From assembly GCF_001194135.2 (NCBI RefSeq), contig NC_068982.1:133032721-133067784 (forward strand): a stretch of DNA of 35,064 nucleotides, in the 5' to 3' direction. Below, piece after piece: positions 27,928 through 35,064 of this stretch. The position numbers were made by a program, and so were the translations under genes. The stretch's first letter is position 1, and each line of letters begins with the position of its first letter. The notes under the pieces were generated by a model, which did no database searches, was not told where the DNA came from, and saw only the letters and a program-made list of their open reading frames with translations. This stretch comes from Octopus bimaculoides. Its lineage: Eukaryota.

Positions 27928-29545
27928 ATGATTGGACAAAAACAAGTTAGCAAATGCTAGGAGGGATATCTTCAGAAATAAAAGACACGATCAAGCATGC
28001 AGTGGAAAATGACCTAAACATAAGACAGGAAGGAAATGAGGAACCAGATGAAGAGAGCAACTCTCCACAAGTCTCAAATGCACGACTGCCATCTGTCCAG
28101 AACACGCAAATGTCTGGAGAAATAAGCTGTAATGAACCTAATAAAGATAGCGAGAATAGTGGTAAAGAAACAATATTTGAAGACTACACATTTGCTGAAG
28201 AACATAGAAAGTCTATGATAGAACCGAAGCAGAAAATCTTGAATAAGCATGAGATGTAAGGCATGCCAATACGCATGATAGAGAACCACTTCATAAATTC
28301 TCAAAAACAATCCAAAATAGAAAACAAATTGAAATTGGAAACTATATAACAAAGGAAATTATACAAGAACTAAAACCAGATCTCACTGAATTAAATGAAA
28401 TTATTTATGCAGCTGCTAAGACAAGTGAAACCAGTTACATGCCTCTGAAAAAAACAAAGAAATACAAACCTGAGAAGAATTCTAAACTGGAAAAGTAAAA
28501 TTGAAAAAGAGATTAAAATAATGAGAGGTGAAATATCAACATTGAATGAACTAATCTGTGGAAATGATGTAAAAACCAGAAAAGGAAGAAAGATGAAGTG
28601 AAAACATAGATTCTCACCAAGAGAAGGACTGCTTTCAGTAAAAGAAACACTGAAACTAAAAGTTCAAAGAATATGAAGATTTGAGAAGAGAAACAGATTT
28701 TTCAAGTAAAACAAGCTGTTCACATCCAATGCGAAAACATTCTGCAGAGAAATAGAGAAGGAGAAAATAACTGTTGAAGACTCCGCTACCATGGAAGAAG
28801 TTGAAAAAAGATGTGGAAAGATATCTGGAGTAATGAAAAGACTTACATTGAAAATACAAACTGGATTAGATGTACAGAAGGATCATACTAAAACTTACCA
28901 GAATAAGCATGGGAAGGCATCACAATAGCAGACCTAAGGATGACACTCACAAAGGCTCATAAGTGGAAATCCCCTGGTAATGATAAGGTGCAAAATTTCT
29001 CGTTTGCCTTGCTTCCATGCACATACGAAAAGTTAGTCCAGTTATTCAATGAAATTATGAGAGATCCTATGAAAACACCTGACTAGTTACCAAGAGGTAT
29101 TACTAATGTACTCCCAAAGAATAATGAAACCAAATTTCCCCAAAACTATCAACCCATAATATGTCTGGCTACTATGTATTAAATTTTAAAATCCATCCTC
29201 GTGAAGAAAACATACGAATGTATGGAACAGAACGATATTTTCCCCACTGAACATAAAGGATGTCGATGAGGCTCATATGGATGCAAAGACCAACACTTAA
29301 TCAATTGCATGATCCTTGAGAATTGTCATAACAAATGTAGAAAGCTCAGTTCTCCATGAATTGATTATAAAAAAGGCCTTCAACAGCACATCACATTCAT
29401 GGATCTTGAAATCACTGGATATCTTCAAAATTTCTCCTGTGATTTCAAACTTCCTGAAGCACATGTCAATGTGGAATACAAATCTCCAATTATACTACTC
29501 TAAAGGAGTATTGACCACAAAAAACATTAATATCACCTGCAGCAT
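27928..29545 (+). mobile_element. R4/Dong-type LINE, N-terminal region to mid-RT, copy C (different subfamily), cut off by an RTE
   Basis: KWKSPGNDKVQNF, NY.PI.CL, GCKDQHLIN, KKAFNS.SHSWI; heavily disrupted. Confidence 0.78.
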
Positions 29546-31193
29546 TGTTATGGTCTAGTTACCTGTATATTTAATCAGGTTGAACATGAAGGAGTCATAC
29601 CCTATGACTGGTGTAGCAACTGCTACAAAGGTAAAAGTGACCTTAGGTAGAAATAATTACAGAGGTATTAAATTGTTGGATCAGGCTGTGAAAATTACAG
29701 AGAGGGTCATAGCTCAACCAATTATGATGAAAGTTAGTCTTGATGAGATGCAGTTTGGTTTTGTGTCAGGGAGAAGCACCACTGATGTTATATTTCAGGT
29801 AAGACAGCTGCAGGAGAAGTACCTTGTAAAACATAAATCTCTGTACTTGGCTTTTGTTGACATGGATAAAGCCTTCAACAGGGTCCCCAACACCCTTATC
29901 TGGTGGTCAATAGTGATAGACAAAAGATTAGTGAGAGTTGTACAAGCCATGTACTGGGAGGCTGTCAGCAAGATGAGGGTTGGCAGTGAGTATAGTGATC
30001 AATTCTGGGTACAAGTAGGGGTTCACCAAGGATCAGTCCTCAGCCCCTTCTTGTTCATCATACTCCTCCAAGCAATAACAGAGGAATTTAAACAGGTTTC
30101 CCCTTGGAGTCCCTCTATACTGATGATCTTGCTCTCATAGCTGAATCACTTCCAGAACTAGAGAAGAAATTTCAGGTATGGAAGCAAGGTCTAGAATCAA
30201 AAGGCCTTAGAGTTAATCTAGCAAAAACCAAAGTCTTAATAAGTATGAAAGCAGACAAATCACAAATCCCTTCAGGTAGATTGTTCTGCTTGATTTGTAG
30301 AAAAGGCATAAGTATAAACTCCATAAGATGTACCTGGTGTAAGCTATGGACACACAAGAGGTGCAGCGATATCAGAGGAAGGTTACCTGGGAAAATAGTT
30401 TTGTGTGTAGAAGGTGCACAGGTACTGTAAACACTAAAAATGTACAGAAAATAGACTCCATCAAATCCCAGCATGGAAAGCTAGAAGTAGTTGATAACTT
30501 TTGTTATCTAGATGATCAAATCAGTAGCAGAGGGGAATGCTCTGAGAGCATTGTTGCTAGAATAAGAGTAGGCTGGGCAAAGTTTAGAGAGCTCCTACTT
30601 CTGTTGGTAACAAAGAGTCTTTCACTGCTGGGGACATGTGTGGGCTTCAATCAAATGAAGCTAGTGTGCTTTGCTGGCTGTGCAATGTCAGTGTGCATGT
30701 ATGACAGAGTGTAAGCATCCTGAGAGAAAAGATGGTCATATGAGGCAACGGATGTGATGTGCAAGAGAGATGAATGTGCTGGTATGGGCAAAGACAGCTA
30801 TGTAAAAAAAAGTGCTGATCTCTAATTGTGGAGGGAATCTGTGGAAGAGGTAGACCTAGGAAGACATGGGACAAGGTGGTGAAGCATGATCTGTGAATAT
30901 TGGGTCTCACAGAAGCAATGACAAGTGAGAGACCTTTGGTGATATGCTGTGCTTGAGAAAATTCATAACATCAAGTGAAATCATAAATGTGGCCAATGCC
31001 AGTGTCACATAACTAGCACCCATGCCAGTAGTACATAAAAAGTATCCATTACACTCTTGGAGTGGTTGGCATTAGGAAGGGCATCCAATCATAGGAACCA
31101 TGCTAACTCAGATTGGAACCTGGTGCAACTCTCGAGCTTACCAGTTTCAGTCAAACCATCTAACCTATGCCAGCATGGAAAACAGATGCTATA

Positions 31194-31195
<2 letters not shown>
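29546..31195 (+). mobile_element. 5'-truncated RTE LINE, same family as 5094-9514
   Basis: NNYRGIKLLDQ, QFGF, DMDKAFNRVP, GVHQGSVLSP, YTDD, a Cys-rich finger and the family 3' tail. Confidence 0.92.

Positions 31196-31243
<48 letters not shown>
31196..31243. repeat. (AAT)n microsatellite
   Basis: Directly visible. Confidence 0.95.
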
Positions 31244-31245
<2 letters not shown>

Positions 31246-34200
31246 AAATAATGTTCATGTTTGGGAATACCAACAACGTATGTATGATCAACTCACGGAA
31301 CAGAGATTATGTGATCAAGCTAGAGCAATAAGAAAAAATTGCTGGTTCACAGAAGCAGAGCTCAAAGCTATCAAAGGACAGGTATTGGAAAACAACAGCA
31401 GGGGAAACAATGAAAATACAGTTCCTACTGATAAAAGTTATCTCATTGCAAAAAAACAGAGGTGAACTCTCTAATAAACCACAGGAAAGGAACAGTGATA
31501 GCTTGTTTGATGAGAGACATATAGATGGTTTATATATGAGAGACATAGAGAGACATATAGATGAAGAAGACAATAAAACAAATGATGAGAATAAAGGCAA
31601 GGCTACAGAAGAACAATAGTGACATTATTTGCAACCTTAAAAAACGTTGATCAGTGGAAAGTGTACCAAGAAACGAAAAATGTGAATGAAGTTCTGAAAT
31701 ACATCAGAACAAAAAACATAACATAAACAAATAATTTGATCAAGGCAGCAAGTATTGTTGTAGGAGAAAATGTGGGTGTTGATGTCAGAGAATGAAATAT
31801 AATGAGAGAGACAAAAGAAAAGATCCATGGTAGAAAAGAAGAATACAGGCAGGGTTAGATACACTCTCAAAGGATACAGGGCACTGAACAGAAAGTATGA
31901 TATTGAAAGAAAGGGGTTGAAAGTGGTAATGGAAGAACTGAAACAATGCCTCATTGCAAAGAAAGCAAAGATGGTAAGATATGACCAAAGAATGAAGGGT
32001 TACCAGCAGAATAGGATATTCAGAGTAGATCAGAAGAGATTCTATAAAGAAATAAATGGAGAGTGTACAGATGAAAAGTTGATACCAGATAACATTAAAA
32101 GTCAAAGGTTTTGGAGTGACATCTGGAGCAAAGGCAAGGAGCACAAGAAGGATGCTGAAACAAACAGTAGTCTGTCCAAAACAGGCAGAACTAGTCATTT
32201 CAGTTACGGAAGTGAAGGAAATTAGCAAAAAATGGGCAACTGGAAGGCCCCAGTACCAGATGAGGTTCAAGGCTACTGGATCAAAAGATTTAGTGAATGT
32301 CATGCATGAATAGCTGCACAACTCAATACTTTGTTAAATGCCGACCAAGCAACACCAGATTGGTTGACAATGGGTAGGACAGTGCTGTACTTGAAGGCCA
32401 CTTATGTGGAAATTATTGACTGGAATAGTCACAGAGTCAATGTATGGACATCTGTTGCAAGCGTAAGTGCAGAGGTACCAAGGATCAACTCCTGGGAGAC
32501 AAAACTGTACTTGGAGACTGCAAGAGGAGGAAAACTAACTTAGCCATGTCATGGGTCGATTATCATAAGGTGTATGATATGATCCCACATTCTTGGATTA
32601 AGGAATGTATGAACCTATTTGGTACTGCATTGAATGTTGAGCGACTGCTTGGAAAAAGTATGGTGAAGTGGAGGACGGAACTGACAGCATATGGAAGAAG
32701 TTTAGAGACAATAGAAATCAGGAGAGGCATTTTCCAAGGGAACTGCCTGTCCCCATTGATCTTTGTACTGTGCATGATACCACTAACACTGATTCCGAGG
32801 AAAGTAAAGGCTGAGTATGTATTCAAGAGCCACCAACAAAAAGTCAACCACTTGTTATTCATGGATGACATCAAACTTTATGGTAAAGATGAACCCCAAG
32901 TCAGTTCCCTCATTGATACGGTGTATACTTTCGGTGCTGATATCAGAATGGAGTTTGGACTGAAAAAGTGTGATGTGTTAGTCTTGAAGAGAGGCAAAAT
33001 CAAATGTATGGATGGGCTACTGAAACTGTCAGGGGAGGTTATGAAGCAGATAGAAGACATGGGCTATAAGTACTTGAGGTTATTGGAAATGGATAAATTG
33101 ATGGAGAAAGAAATGACAGAAAAATTTAAGGTGGAGTACTTGTGCAGACTGAAACTGATTTTTAGGTCAAAATTAAATGGACGGAGTAAGATTGGAGCTA
33201 TCAACACTCCTTAGAATTTCACCTCTTAGATATGGAGCAGGGATAATCGCATGGACAGTAGAACTAAACAGCTTAGACAGAAAGGCAAGGAAGTTGCTGA
33301 CTAGATATGAAATATTCCACTCAAAAAGTGACACAGACAGATTGTATGTACCAAGAAAAAGAGGGGGAAGAGGACTGATTGGATACGAACACAGCATTAG
33401 AGCAGAAGAAAACAACATAACGTGGTATGTAAAAAATGCCACAGAACCACTATTATTGGAAGTAAGAAGGTCGGGCTTGTGTAGGATGGAAGATTGTAAA
33501 AATAAAGCACTGTACAAGCACTTGAGAATGAATTAAACTGAAAATAGGTGGATAAAGAAAAGAATGCATGGACAATTTCATATGGATGTTGAAGATAAGA
33601 CAGACAGAGAAAAAAGATGGCTGTGGATGACTAAAAGTGATTTAAAACTGGAAACAGAGGCTCTAATCTGTGCTGCCCAAGAGCAAGCACTAAGAACGAA
33701 TTACATCAAATACAGAAACAGACAACACATCACAAACTGATAAGTGCAGAATTTGTGGGCAAAATGGTGAAACCATATGGCATATTACCAGTCAATATAC
33801 ACCGCTAGCCCAGAAAGAATATAAGAGACATCATGACAATATAGCAAGGATTGTTCATTGGACACTTTGCAACAAGTATGGACTTGACAGAGCAAAAAAG
33901 TGGTATGAACATAAACCGGAAGGCATCATTGAAAATGATAATGCAAAGATCCTATGAGATTTTATGATTCAGTGTGACCATGAGATAGAGAACAGGAAGC
34001 CAAACATAGTATTTATTGAGAAAGAAAGCAAACGATATAGATATAGCATGCCCAGCTGTCAACAAGGTATGCAATAAGGAAGAAAGAAATGTCAATAAAT
34101 ATGACAGGTTAGCTTGAGAAGTTAAGCTGTTGTGGACACTGAAAAAGGTAGTAGTAGTAGTAGCAATAATTGTCAGAGCCCTGGGAACAGTGAGTAAAAA

Positions 34201-34386
34201 TCTTGAGAAGTACATGGAACAAATAGGGGCTGCAATAAGAGTAGAGCACTTGCAGAAAACAGCACTGCTTGGAACCACTTGAATACTCCGGATGGTGCTC
34301 GAAAAATAAGGGGTGTTACCTTAGTTCACTGGTAGTGAACAGTACATCTTCAGCGTTAGAAGCTGTGCAAACACAATAAATAATAA
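31244..34386 (+). mobile_element. Near full-length decayed R4/Dong-type LINE, copy D
   Basis: EQRLCDQARAIRKN; RT motifs [21 protein letters not shown] and [10 protein letters not shown]; CCHC-type CRICGQNGETIWHI; RLE motif; the 3' UTR ends at AATAAT. Confidence 0.93.
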
Positions 34387-34394
34387 TTATTATT

Positions 34395-34605
34395 TCAAAT
34401 TTTTGTCATAAAGGCAGCTTGGGGAGGAGGTAGGGATGAGTTGATTACATACCCCCACCCTGTTCAACTGGTACTTATTTTATCAACCCCTGAAGGATGA
34501 AAGGCAAAGTTGACCTCAATGGAATTTGAACTTAGAACGTAGTGATGGGTGAAATACCGCTAAGCATTTAATCCAGATTGCTGTGGATTCTACTAGCTTG
34601 CTGCC
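34395..34605 (-). mobile_element. SINE family 1
   Basis: Reverse complement of head and body (GGCAGCAAGCTAGTAGAATC...GTTCTAAGTTCAAATTCC). Confidence 0.82.
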
Positions 34606-34829
34606 TTAATAATAATAATAATAATCATAATAATAATAATAACAATAACAATAACAATAATTACTATTATTATTAATGGTTTCAAATTTTGGTACAGGGC
34701 CAGCAAATTAGGGGGAGGGGTCAAGTTGGTTACGTCAACCTCAGTACTTAGTCAGTACTTATTTTACTAACCTTAAAGGGATGAAAGGCAAACATGACCT
34801 TGGCAGAATTTGAAAATAATAATGATAAT

Positions 34830-34867
<38 letters not shown>
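34606..34867. repeat. (AAT)n and (CAA)n microsatellites
   Basis: Directly visible at about 34606-34660 and 34816-34867. Confidence 0.9.
34675..34815 (-). mobile_element. SINE family 1, partial
   Basis: Reverse complement of TTCAAATTCTGCCAAGGTCATGTTTGCCTTTCATCC. Confidence 0.7.
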
Positions 34868-35064
34868 GAGAGTGAAAACCTCTCCCAAGACAACACTGTC
34901 CTCTCAATGATTAGCCAGAGATGATTTTTAAAATGAGAATGTCTGAAATAAACTCGACTGCTCTCACAAACAAGAATACAAAAAAATGAACCGACTACTC
35001 TCAAAAATTAAGTAAAAAACAGTAAAAAATAATCTAGAATCCTTGTCCAGTAACAGATCGATTC

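Noticed and set aside
7523-34278. Many antisense or microsatellite ORFs (e.g. 12326-13183, 27756-27953, 31785-32321, 34759-35004)
   Set aside because: They are shadows of TE reading frames or simple-repeat translations with no independent protein motifs.
21817-35064. Further upstream cadherin exons
   Set aside because: None was recognised on the minus strand. Small exons hidden in gaps cannot be excluded.

Overview
AT-rich animal genomic DNA with 7 assembly gaps. The SINE, LINE and microsatellite content looks like an octopus, but that is an inference. The only host gene is a minus-strand multi-exon cadherin. Four exons (21287-21754+, 14114-14293, 4725-4935, 864-1102+) encode consecutive extracellular cadherin repeats; the first three splice in frame, and the last junction is hidden by a gap. 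The rest is intron filled with nested, decayed transposons: RTE LINEs, R4/Dong-type RLE LINEs at (AAT)n tracts, an internally deleted Mag-type Gypsy element, a mariner, TTAA MITEs, a foldback element and two tRNA-derived SINE families. Best observations: (1) four minimal type-I hammerhead ribozyme motifs with palindromic helix III, one nearly intact and one showing helix covariation; (2) two independent RTE insertions with twin-priming-like 5' inversions; (3) a Gypsy 3' end carrying an extra PBS plus a duplicated LTR tip inside a clean 5-bp TSD; (4) a C4HC3 PHD-type finger inside the RT C-terminal region of two RTE copies; (5) a 743-bp element made of nested palindromes. All analysis was by eye with no database searches, and TE boundaries are approximate unless stated as exact.
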